Origin: a virus
Lineage: Duplodnaviria; Caudoviricetes
Length of the DNA stretch: 30,359 nt
IMG/VR virus record: IMGVR_UViG_3300020043_003704
Span: 1-30,359 of that record
Reading direction: 5' to 3' (one strand)
Positions 1 to 7,497 of this stretch are shown in pieces. The notes under the pieces were generated by a model. It worked only from the letters and a program-made list of their open reading frames with translations, was not told where the DNA came from and ran no database searches. Made by a program: the position numbers and the translations under genes. The stretch's first letter is position 1, and each line of letters begins with the position of its first letter.

Positions 1-121
1 TTCTCCAAAATTTCCTCCAAATTCAGTCCCTCCCTCGCTGCTTTGGCCTCCAAATGCAATAGGGTATTGCTCAACAATTCCTTGTTTAAAGTCCAAAAAA
101 AAAGCATCGAGCCAACCACAA
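1..121. repeat. Terminal direct repeat, left copy (circular assembly overlap)
   Basis: 1-121 is identical to 30239-30359, and a reading frame runs through the junction. Confidence 0.97.
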
Positions 122-581
122 TATCCATTGTGACATCCTTATAAAAATCAGCCTTGCTTTCGTCTCCGTCATACTCCTCAATCTCATAAAATTCTCCCGC
201 TTTGCGTTTAATAGGTCTATAAAGTACCGACATTAATAGCGGTATGTTTTCGTCAGTTCCGAGCAGCGTGTCAATTGTGGCATGTTCGCCGAGTGTAATC
301 TTATCAAAGTTTGGAATAAATCCGTAGTTAACGCCATTCATTTTGAACGTGCGAACGAGCTTCGGTTTTTGATCTAAAACTTTTGCAAGAGTCTCAATAA
401 TATCAGCAAAATCATTTACAGGAATTTTCATTACATCTGCAACAGTTAAGTTGCAAAATATTGCTACCATTTGAATGCAAACGAAGGTCTCATCGTCCTG
501 GTTGTCTTTTAATACCTTTTGGTAGCGTTGGTATTGCGACAACTTAATCTCGCTTAGCGATGTTGGAATAACTACTCTCAT
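1..581 (-). CDS. Putative tail assembly chaperone (gpG-like), 5' part; spans the contig junction, about 230 aa in total
   Basis: Missing from the ORF track. ATG at 581 opens MRVVIPTSLSEIKLSQYQRY...YGFIPNFDKITLGE...LMSVLYRPI...DIVVGSMLFFWTL, which is open to base 1 and in frame with ORF 30127..30357. A late-promoter motif lies immediately upstream. Confidence 0.8.
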   Translation of the reverse strand, partial: MRVVIPTSLSEIKLSQYQRYQKVLKDNQDDETFVCIQMVAIFCNLTVADVMKIPVNDFADIIETLAKVLDQKPKLVRTFKMNGVNYGFIPNFDKITLGEHATIDTLLGTDENIPLLMSVLYRPIKRKAGEFYEIEEYDGDESKADFYKDVTMDIVVGSMLFFWTLNKELLSNTLLHLEAKAAREGLNLEEILE

Positions 582-611
582 ACTTATATAACTGAAAAAT
601 GTTGTTTTGTT
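582..611 (-). promoter_or_regulatory. Putative late promoter 1 (ACAAA-N10-TCAGTTAT-N6-ATG)
   Basis: Minus strand reads aacaaaacaacatttttcagttatataagtATG; same motif and spacing at 20822-20850 and 23479-23508. Confidence 0.7.
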
Positions 612-651
612 TATTTTTTTAAGTGATAATCAATTTTTATAATTGATTTTC

Positions 652-745
652 ATACCCTCTCGGGTGTCATTTTCGGAAAAATTCATGCACTTATACCTTT
701 TAGGGTGTCCACTTATGTGCAAAATTTGGAAAAATTCATGCACTT
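652..745. repeat. Interleaved short repeats downstream of terL
   Basis: GGAAAAATTCATGCACTT at 675-692 and 728-745; ATACC-N5-GGGTGTC at 652-668 and 693-709. Confidence 0.8.
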
Positions 746-748
746 GGC

Positions 749-1912
749 CTACGTTATGATAACTTTTCTCGATTTTCTTATCGATAGGCCCATCATAGCA
801 AAATAGCGCATCGCATCGATGGCGTGATTGTATTCTCCGATTGGGACATTTAGTCGCTTGCCTGTTTTGTCGGTGTCCCAAGAGTAGTTGCGTAGCTCTT
901 TAATTAGATTGGTGCTATGCTTAGTAACTTTTAAGTTACGTTCCTGCAATACTGAGATCCCGAAATTGATTGAGTCGGCACCTTTTACGACTGGCTTGAT
1001 GTTAAAACCCGCTCGTCTAATCTCCTCAATTGATTTTGGCTCGGCTGAGTCCGCCCAAATCGGTAGGCGTTTGTCCTGTTTCATTAATCGAATTATGTCC
1101 GAGTTTAAAAGTGAGGTCGAGTAAATCATTTCGTCGGCTATTATTTTACCGTTATACTCGTATACGGCGATCATCGCCGTTGGATCGTTTGAGTACCCGA
1201 AATCGAGGCCACAACCTAAGAATTTTGCCTCAGCTGGGATTGTGTCTATTTGTTCCCAATTCGGGAACACAACGCCCTCAAGTGAGCCGAGTTGACCTAA
1301 GCCGTAAACGTTATACCAGTTCGCCCAAAAAGTAGAGGTCTTGGCTTTCTCTTTTGCTTTGAGAATAAAATTTAGGGCCGATTCGGGGCAAGCCTCGTTG
1401 TCCTCGTAGTTCACAATTAAAAAGTCAACGTCGTGGTCGTTCATTAAATCGGTGTGAAACCAAAACTCGTTGACAGGATTCCAATCCAAATAAACGCCTT
1501 TTTTTGTACGCGAGGCAAGTTCGGTATAAGCGTGGAAGGTCATATTATTTGCCTCGTTCATGTACAAATAATCACGACGCGCGCCTCGTAGTTTTGAGTC
1601 GTTCTCTGCGCTAAAAAATTCGATGGCTGAGTTGTTTGAGAAGCTATATTTAAAATCAGTCGCGTTCCATCGGTTTGGATTCCATCGACCTGTCAACACC
1701 ATAATTTTTTTGAAGTCTTTTATTGCCCCTCTTTTAAGGTGAGGTATCGACTCCGCTACAACCGAAATCTCGAGGAGTTCGGTCTTGCAGCATAAGTCAA
1801 TAAGTATAGGAAGGATTCCATAAGTTTTTCCAGCACTGGTGCCTCCTTGTATCCCTTTTGTAAATTTGGTCAGTCCTAAGACCTTATTTATTACTGTTGT
1901 CCGTACAAACAT
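749..1912 (-). CDS. terL: Terminase large subunit (PBSX-like)
   Basis: Walker A QGGTSAGKT, Walker B-like YMNEAN, WNP motif, nuclease motifs GLDFGYSNDPTA, WADSAEP and NHAIDAMRY. Start reassigned to ATG 1912 (MFVRTT), overlapping the terS end. Confidence 0.93.
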   Translation of the reverse strand: MFVRTTVINKVLGLTKFTKGIQGGTSAGKTYGILPILIDLCCKTELLEISVVAESIPHLKRGAIKDFKKIMVLTGRWNPNRWNATDFKYSFSNNSAIEFFSAENDSKLRGARRDYLYMNEANNMTFHAYTELASRTKKGVYLDWNPVNEFWFHTDLMNDHDVDFLIVNYEDNEACPESALNFILKAKEKAKTSTFWANWYNVYGLGQLGSLEGVVFPNWEQIDTIPAEAKFLGCGLDFGYSNDPTAMIAVYEYNGKIIADEMIYSTSLLNSDIIRLMKQDKRLPIWADSAEPKSIEEIRRAGFNIKPVVKGADSINFGISVLQERNLKVTKHSTNLIKELRNYSWDTDKTGKRLNVPIGEYNHAIDAMRYFAMMGLSIRKSRKVIIT

Positions 1913-2300
1913 CGGGAAATAGTGGTTGCTCTTGGTGCGTTGTGATGTCTTGATACACTCGGTCGGAGTACTTCTTTGGGTGCAATTTTGCAACGATCCA
2001 TTTTCTAGCGTCGATTTTTAAGCGGTCACGTTGCACTACATTAGCTCCAGTGAATGGGGTGTGGTCTTCGTTGGAGTGATCGGCAATGTCGATAATATCC
2101 TCAAAGATAACGTCAGCACGGATTTCGCACGCGCGCACGTATCTTTTTGCTTTGTTTTCGTCTGCTTCCAACCACTGATAAAACGTTGCAGTACTTGGGA
2201 ACTCTTTGCGTCTTAAAATTGAAATAAGTGAATTGCCTTGCTCAATCTCGGATAGGATATCGTTAAAAGTGTCTTCTATTTGTTGCTGTGAGTAAGCCAT
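1884..2300 (-). CDS. terS: Terminase small subunit (Sf6-like)
   Basis: HTH-like FPSTATFYQWL and 'RDRLKIDARKWIVAKLHPKKY' motif; directly upstream of terL. Confidence 0.85.
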   Translation of the reverse strand: MAYSQQQIEDTFNDILSEIEQGNSLISILRRKEFPSTATFYQWLEADENKAKRYVRACEIRADVIFEDIIDIADHSNEDHTPFTGANVVQRDRLKIDARKWIVAKLHPKKYSDRVYQDITTHQEQPLFPDVCTDNSNK

Positions 2301-2500
2301 TGTCCTATAATTACTTGGTTAACTGGTATATTTTCGTCGGTTAATATGTTAAAATCACGGTATTCCTTGAGTTTTAAAATATCAAATAGGTTTGGTGCAA
2401 GCCAAAGCTCGTTATGTGTAACGTCTTCGGGTTTGTTGTCGATTAATTTGTCTAAAAAATCAACCAACAAATAAAATTCCTCTTGCTTTTGTTTTTTCAT
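2276..2500 (-). CDS. Hypothetical protein
   Basis: Fills the gap between the HAD-like gene and terS; ATG 2500 (MKKQKQEEF) is the likely start. Confidence 0.55.
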   Translation of the reverse strand: MKKQKQEEFYLLVDFLDKLIDNKPEDVTHNELWLAPNLFDILKLKEYRDFNILTDENIPVNQVIIGQWLTHSNK

Positions 2501-2765
2501 TGATTTTGTCGACTTGCTCCTGGTTGTTGTCATAGTGTTCTTTAATGTTGTATTTGATAACAAACGACCATTTGTCTCGGCCGTTAGTGTAGTAGATTGT
2601 ATCAATACCTAAGTTTTCGGCGGTGGCCTCCAAGTCGCTATTATCGTCAGCAATATTGCGAGCAGTAAGTATACGAACGTCCTTGCCATCTGCTATAAAT
2701 TTATCGGCCATCTCCTTGCCTTTTTTGGTTGAGAGTGTCCCATCGTAATCAAAACTAATTGGCAT
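2460..2765 (-). CDS. Minimal HAD-superfamily protein
   Basis: Motif I SFDYDGTL, motif II ILTAR, motif III K, motif IV HYDNN. Confidence 0.75.
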   Translation of the reverse strand: MPISFDYDGTLSTKKGKEMADKFIADGKDVRILTARNIADDNSDLEATAENLGIDTIYYTNGRDKWSFVIKYNIKEHYDNNQEQVDKINEKTKARGILFVG

Positions 2766-3129
2766 AATTATACAATTTGTATAAATCTTTGATTATTTGC
2801 TCATGTACTTTGGAGCAGGTTGGGCAATTGCTATTGTCAAGACCGAAATAATTGAGATATAAGGCGTTCAAATAGGTCACGTCGTCCAAGTTTAACTCGG
2901 TACGCTTTGCATCGATTACACGTTGTCCTTTAAGCTCAAGGAACTCCTTAAACATTTCTTTGTCGGGTTGTGACATCTCACTTTTAACTCTTTTGAAGTT
3001 AAATAAACGATTCAGTCCGAATTGACGCTCTTTGCATCCTTGACAAGGCTCAATCCCAACTGAGTTGGTTATATTAGCGATAACATCGCCTAAACCTTGA
3101 GTTTCTTTTTTAGTCCTTCTTTTTGCCAT
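2755..3129 (-). CDS. Hypothetical protein with two CxxC motifs (possible Zn binding)
   Basis: GLGDVI...CQGC and CPTC; overlaps the sigma gene end. Confidence 0.7.
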   Translation of the reverse strand: MAKRRTKKETQGLGDVIANITNSVGIEPCQGCKERQFGLNRLFNFKRVKSEMSQPDKEMFKEFLELKGQRVIDAKRTELNLDDVTYLNALYLNYFGLDNSNCPTCSKVHEQIIKDLYKLYNYAN

Positions 3130-3535
3130 TGATTTTATTTTTTACTTTTTTGGAGATTCGATGTATTGTTTGGAGGGGTATTCCTGTTTGCCTTGCCATT
3201 TCACGCTGGCCGTATAAAGTTGAGACCTCAAACATTGTGCGCTCATACCAGGTGAAACCTTTTATCAATTCCTTGTAGTCGATTGGCTCAACGTATTCCG
3301 TGTCCTCAATCTCGATATTACTAAAATCTACTATTATATCCTTTTGAGTTTTAGTATAATCATAGAATAGGTTTCTTAGAACTGTATATATATACCCTTC
3401 TTTTATTAGATTGGTATTTTGATACAATTTAAGATACATTTCTTGTACTAACTCATCCGCTAAATCCTTGTCTTTGCATATTTGAAAAGCCATCTTGCGC
3501 CATTGGGCATCTTTTTTGGCTAATTCCTCGAGCAT
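3110..3535 (-). CDS. ECF-like sigma-70 factor
   Basis: Region 2 'DLADELVQEMYLKL...YIYTVLRNLFYD'; region 4 HTH 'QREMARQTGIPLQTIHR'. Confidence 0.85.
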   Translation of the reverse strand: MLEELAKKDAQWRKMAFQICKDKDLADELVQEMYLKLYQNTNLIKEGYIYTVLRNLFYDYTKTQKDIIVDFSNIEIEDTEYVEPIDYKELIKGFTWYERTMFEVSTLYGQREMARQTGIPLQTIHRISKKVKNKINGKKKD

Positions 3536-3768
3536 TACAGGGTCATAGGATTAAAATATTCCGATAAAAAAAGCAATAGGGCTTCGTTATTCTCGACATA
3601 GTAGACCGTCCCTTGCACTACAATACAAATCTCGCTTTCGTTCTCGATCCAGTAGCCGTTGATTGCGTCAACCATTACCCTAAACTCGACAAAGCTCCCG
3701 CCCATTCCAAGATCGTCGTCCTCTTGTTCAAGCCACATTTGTGTACTTATAGTGTGCGGTTTTACCAT
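3535..3768 (-). CDS. Hypothetical acidic protein
   Basis: ORF abutting the sigma gene start. Confidence 0.65.
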   Translation of the reverse strand: MVKPHTISTQMWLEQEDDDLGMGGSFVEFRVMVDAINGYWIENESEICIVVQGTVYYVENNEALLLFLSEYFNPMTL

Positions 3769-3772
3769 AACG

Positions 3773-3964
3773 CTACAAACCTAATAAATATTTCGATACC
3801 AAACTACTTTTTATCTCAATTATTTCTCCACTATCTATATAACGGCAAAAAGCGGTATTGTAACAAATTCCACTTATATAAAACTCACGCCCTTGCTTAT
3901 TCATGTGGATGGGTGCGTTTATTGGCACCTCAAGGCCTTTATATATTTTCGAGCCTGCTCTCAT
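3773..3964 (-). CDS. Hypothetical protein
   Basis: ATGA coupling to the upstream ORF. Confidence 0.6.
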   Translation of the reverse strand: MRAGSKIYKGLEVPINAPIHMNKQGREFYISGICYNTAFCRYIDSGEIIEIKSSLVSKYLLGL

Positions 3965-4170
3965 TGTTTGAATTTTTCGTTGTAGTAATGTTCAAAGCTT
4001 TCGTACTTTACCCAAAAATCTGTATTGCTTGTGGATTGACAAGCATCAATAATCTGCTGCTTCTCCATTTCTTTTGCTTGTTCAATAATTTTATTTATAT
4101 CAATTTTTGCATCATTAGTATTATTATTTGTTTCAAATAATTTTTGTAATAACCATTCTACTGCTGTCAT
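3961..4170 (-). CDS. Small hypothetical protein (TAVEWL...AKEMEKQQIIDA type)
   Basis: Tightly packed AT-rich ORF of a type I recall as recurrent in Bacteroidota phages. Confidence 0.7.
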   Translation of the reverse strand: MTAVEWLLQKLFETNNNTNDAKIDINKIIEQAKEMEKQQIIDACQSTSNTDFWVKYESFEHYYNEKFKQ

Positions 4171-4171
4171 A

Positions 4172-4411
4172 TTATTTAAATTTTAGTTTTGTCTCGTGGT
4201 GTATAATTTCGCGGTCGAGGTAGTGCATCGCTTTGCGTAGATCGTCAAGGTGTGCGCCTTTGCGTCTCGCTCTTACAATATATTTGACTGCATTTCCCTC
4301 GTTAAAGTTAAGGTCGTAGTCCTTAATGATGTCGATGACATCGTATTGCTGCTGGTTGTCGTAGTGTTTTGGTGTCATAGTCAATGCAGTTTTAGTTAAA
4401 ATCAGTTTCAA
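4172..4411 (-). CDS. DUF3310 / SaV-like protein
   Basis: PKHY...DVIDII...FNEGNAVKYIVRARRKG...DLRKAMHYL; start may be ATG 4378. Confidence 0.85.
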   Translation of the reverse strand: MKLILTKTALTMTPKHYDNQQQYDVIDIIKDYDLNFNEGNAVKYIVRARRKGAHLDDLRKAMHYLDREIIHHETKLKFK

Positions 4412-4646
4412 AGTCAGTCCAAATCTTTACAATCGCCCCTGCGGCTTTCAGTTCCTCGATGCGCAGCTCTTGAATTGGCGATAGCTTCCCGCCTTCGCGT
4501 TTAACTTCTATAAACATCGCCTTGCCGTATTTGATTGCCAGCAGGTCGGGGATGCCGTTGGTCGATGTCTTAATCAATTTCGTGACATACCAACCCCGCT
4601 CAATAAGTTTGCGTTTAATTTTCGTTTGTATCTGCTGCTCATTCAT
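4392..4646 (-). CDS. VRR-NUC domain nuclease (Holliday-junction resolvase-like)
   Basis: E..IQ, GIPDL, FIEVK, GKLSPIQ motifs; start ATG 4646. Confidence 0.88.
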   Translation of the reverse strand: MNEQQIQTKIKRKLIERGWYVTKLIKTSTNGIPDLLAIKYGKAMFIEVKREGGKLSPIQELRIEELKAAGAIVKIWTDFETDFN

Positions 4647-4659
4647 TTGTTTAAAAACA

Positions 4660-4727
4660 AACACCCCTCAATTGACCGCCAAGTGCAAAAGAAGGGTGTT
4701 GTTAGTTGTGTGTTTTCTCTTGGCGGT
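4660..4727 (-). promoter_or_regulatory. Putative structured leader RNA (loop-pairing element C)
   Basis: 5' ACCGCCAAG (4719-4727) is complementary to loop CUUGGCGGU (4675-4683) of hairpin AACACCCUUC/GAGGGGUGUU (4660-4700); TATATTTG at 4731-4738 lies just upstream. Confidence 0.6.
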
Positions 4728-4750
4728 GGTCAAATATACAAATTTATTTA

Positions 4751-5281
4751 TTATAGATATTTATTTTCAATATTATTTTTAAATTCAAATTCAATTCGCT
4801 TTTTATATGCGTCGATTTCATTTTCAAAAGATCCTAAATAAATTTGATTTCCATTAAAAATAATAGAAGCCTGCCATTTGTTTCTATTTTTTCTATAACA
4901 AACACCAGTATATTTACTTGATTTATTTAAAATCGATTTAGCGTGACAACAATTTTCTCTATTTGAAACCCATTCTAAATTTTCAATATTATTATTTAAT
5001 TTGTTGCCATCAATATGATTTATAAAAGGCAATTTTTTAGGATTTTCAATAAAACTAAAAGCGATCAATCGATGAACTTTAAAAGTTTTTCTCACATCTT
5101 CCTTTTTTAAATCAACTACATAATATCCTGTTTTAGATATATGCGTTTTTAACATTTTTTCTTTTAATGTTTTTTTAAACCCCGAGTGATTTTTTGCATG
5201 TCTACTTAAAGATTTAACATTTCCAAAATTGCTGATTTGATAAAAATTTTCAAAGCCAGCAATGTTTTCCCAAATTTCCAT
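4751..5281 (-). CDS. NUMOD4-HNH-AP2 homing endonuclease
   Basis: NUMOD4 EIWENIAGFENFYQISNFGNVKS; HNH VHRLIA...NHIDGNKLNNNIENLEWVS..EN; AP2 SKYTGV...KWQASI...YLGSFENEIDA. Visibly AT-rich; start ATG 5281. Confidence 0.92.
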   Translation of the reverse strand: MEIWENIAGFENFYQISNFGNVKSLSRHAKNHSGFKKTLKEKMLKTHISKTGYYVVDLKKEDVRKTFKVHRLIAFSFIENPKKLPFINHIDGNKLNNNIENLEWVSNRENCCHAKSILNKSSKYTGVCYRKNRNKWQASIIFNGNQIYLGSFENEIDAYKKRIEFEFKNNIENKYL

Positions 5282-5287
5282 AAACGT

Positions 5288-5366
5288 AAAAACCAGCACA
5301 TCAAAAGGTCGTCGTCTTTATCAATGCTGGAATTTTATAAAATTGTTATTGTAGCGACGACTCTAC
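5288..5366 (-). promoter_or_regulatory. Putative structured leader RNA (kissing-loop element B)
   Basis: Hairpin GUAG-AGUCGUCG-CUAC (5351-5366) and hairpin CCAGCA...AAAG-ACGACGAC-CUUU...UGCUGG (5293-5330); loops complementary over 7 nt. Confidence 0.65.
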
Positions 5367-6601
5367 TTTGACAAAGATAAGCAATTTTTTCTAAAGATTG
5401 CAAGTGTAAAGTCTTTTTTTTCAAGTACTGTTTTGTAAATATCATACTCAATTCCACCCTTAGAAAATACCCAAAACACCTCGTTATTTAAACGCTCTTT
5501 TGTAGTTAACCTCGCACGGCTTTGCCAGTAACTCGTTGCACTAAAATCGATGTTATAGTAAACGAGATACTTTGCGTTTTTTAAACTAACGCCCTCGCGT
5601 CCGCTTACTATTTGCAAAGCAATATTTTTATCGGTTGAGTCAAACTCCTCGACTGAATTTGTCAAGTAATCGGCTCCAAATACTTGCAGCAGCGCGTCCC
5701 ATTCGGCCTTAAATTTATAAAAGATTGCGATTTTTTCGCCTTGAAACTTCTCCTTTATAAACTTAGCCTTTGAGTCGTCAATTACTTTAGACGTGCCATC
5801 TTCGAATTTGCACGTACCGCTTGAAAGTTGGTGAACCTTGCCCATCATTTTTACACCAGAATCCCCTAAAATGACTTGTCCTTGTCCGTTGCGAACGATT
5901 AAATCCTTTTTAAGGCGTCGAATGACCTCGTAAGTGATTGGCTGCATCTCGCACTCCAGCACCATCTCGTTGACGCTTGTCGTAAAGCCTGCCTCCTTTT
6001 GTGTGAAAGTTATAATAAACGGTCGTGTACTTCTTCGTACTTGATTCTCTTTTGCGTTTGAGTAGTCCTTGACAACGCCATAGCCTAAACGTTTCTCTTT
6101 AATGTCAACGTACTCAGCGGCCCACTTATAAAAATTCGCATACTTATTATAAGGCGAGTGATCACTTACCCAAAATTGATGAAACCACTGCGAGTACGAT
6201 TCAGGCGTTGGCGTTCCGCTTAGGAATATCATAGGCAGTTTACTGAAACGCTTTTTAAATTCTTTGGCGGTTGCGTTGGGTTTAGGGAATGCACCGTATT
6301 TGTGATGCTCGTCTGAAATTACGATGTCGAAATCATTGTCGAGTATTTTATGCAGGCTTTCCGTGTTTATTATTACAATCTCAAAGTCAAATCCAAAATT
6401 AAAGTGATCACGCTCAATGCTTGAAACCGCCTTTTTTTTAGTTACAAATAAAACTTTTTTAGCACCAAATAGCCTACAAGTTTCCAAAGCAATTGCAGTT
6501 TTACCAATTCTAACTTCGCAGCAATAATAAACTATTTTTTTATTTCGTAAAATCTCAACGCCTTCCGTTGCTAATTTTAACTGGTAGTCGCGTAAAATCA
6601 T
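5363..6601 (-). CDS. Superfamily 2 (SNF2-like) helicase
   Basis: LRDYQ Q-motif, VRIGKT, DEHH, LSGTP, SGREGVSL, QSRAR. Confidence 0.9.
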   Translation of the reverse strand: MILRDYQLKLATEGVEILRNKKIVYYCCEVRIGKTAIALETCRLFGAKKVLFVTKKKAVSSIERDHFNFGFDFEIVIINTESLHKILDNDFDIVISDEHHKYGAFPKPNATAKEFKKRFSKLPMIFLSGTPTPESYSQWFHQFWVSDHSPYNKYANFYKWAAEYVDIKEKRLGYGVVKDYSNAKENQVRRSTRPFIITFTQKEAGFTTSVNEMVLECEMQPITYEVIRRLKKDLIVRNGQGQVILGDSGVKMMGKVHQLSSGTCKFEDGTSKVIDDSKAKFIKEKFQGEKIAIFYKFKAEWDALLQVFGADYLTNSVEEFDSTDKNIALQIVSGREGVSLKNAKYLVYYNIDFSATSYWQSRARLTTKERLNNEVFWVFSKGGIEYDIYKTVLEKKDFTLAIFRKNCLSLSK

Positions 6602-7206
6602 CTTAAAATATTTTGATTTACGTGCTTAGTAACTGCTCGAAGTTTACAATTCAAATTGTGAAAGCTGATAAAATCGTTTAAGATTTCATTATTAGTAAAG
6701 CTACTCGTTTGGTCTTGCACCTGGATGTTTTTTACCAATTCCTTTTTATTTTGTTTTTTAATCCATAGCTCAAACATTTCGCTAAATTTCAAATCGTAGT
6801 GATCAATATTGATATTTTCTTTTGTTAAAATCTCTCCCGAAATTGCGCATTTTGTAACGCCAAAAATTACATTTTTATTTCTAAAATCTAATATTTCGGG
6901 AAGGATTGCAGTTCGGCAAGATATTTTAATTCGTTCTAAATCGCTTTTATTTTTTCCCGCGATAGCAGTTAAGTAAGATATATCGACAACAGTATTGTCC
7001 ATTCGTTCTATAAAAAAACAACGGTGTTTGTAATTGTCCTGTCCTATAAAAATTCTCCTTCCTCCTACGCCTCGTTTTTCTATCCAATTAGGATGATTTT
7101 TAAATACTTCAATTAAAAATATTTTTTCATCTCCATTAATAAAATAATCCAAAGGATATTTATTTAAAATCTTTTTGCATTGTTCAGTTTGATATTTTTT
7201 TGTCAT
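6598..7206 (-). CDS. DCL/DUF3223-like protein with C-terminal HNH-like segment
   Basis: HPNWIEKRGVG...RCFFIERMDNTVVDISYLTAI resembles the DCL signature; C-terminal CAISG...NIDH...LRAV..HVN. Confidence 0.7.
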   Translation of the reverse strand: MTKKYQTEQCKKILNKYPLDYFINGDEKIFLIEVFKNHPNWIEKRGVGGRRIFIGQDNYKHRCFFIERMDNTVVDISYLTAIAGKNKSDLERIKISCRTAILPEILDFRNKNVIFGVTKCAISGEILTKENINIDHYDLKFSEMFELWIKKQNKKELVKNIQVQDQTSSFTNNEILNDFISFHNLNCKLRAVTKHVNQNILR

Positions 7207-7460
7207 TTTAGTAAAAATTTATTAGAAATTCCTTTCGCTAATTGTACGAGCCTGTCGGCTTCGATTGTTTTGCCAACTAATATTTCCTCGAGCTTGCTCA
7301 ATTGCTGCTCTAACCTCATCAATTCCTCGCTCTTTTTCACTTGGATTGATTTCTTTTTGTTGCTTTGCTTTGACAAGGTCTTGTATTTTTTGTCTAAGTT
7401 TTGAAATTCGTTCGTTAACCTTAACAATTTCGATTTCAATTCGTTCAATTTCTCGCTCAT
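7203..7460 (-). CDS. Coiled-coil hypothetical protein (overlapping frame A)
   Basis: ATG 7460 (MSEKLNELK); leucine heptads; stop coupled (ATGA) to the 7206 gene. Confidence 0.5.
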   Translation of the reverse strand: MSEKLNELKSKLLRLTNEFQNLDKKYKTLSKQSNKKKSIQVKKSEELMRLEQQLSKLEEILVGKTIEADRLVQLAKGISNKFLLK

Positions 7461-7497
7461 CCTGGGTTGATTTTCCGACGTCACTAAATGGATTCAT
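7222..7497 (-). CDS. Coiled-coil hypothetical protein (overlapping frame B)
   Basis: ATG 7497 follows an A-rich tract and overlaps the primase end by 14 nt; isoleucine heptads. Confidence 0.55.
   Translation of the reverse strand: MNPFSDVGKSTQDEREIERIEIEIVKVNERISKLRQKIQDLVKAKQQKEINPSEKERGIDEVRAAIEQARGNISWQNNRSRQARTISERNF

Noticed and set aside
1-121. Biological terminal repeat
   Set aside because: It lies mid-gene and 121 bp is consistent with an assembler k-mer overlap; it indicates circularity, not physical genome ends.
652-745. Mini CRISPR array
   Set aside because: Only two 18-bp copies, too short, with no cas genes.
630-881. 83-aa minus-strand ORF
   Set aside because: It overlaps the terL 3' end out of frame and then runs through repeats, with no protein-like features.
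4751-5366. Group I intron around the HNH gene
   Set aside because: The flanking helicase and VRR-NUC genes are each intact, and the non-coding flanks are too short for an intron core.
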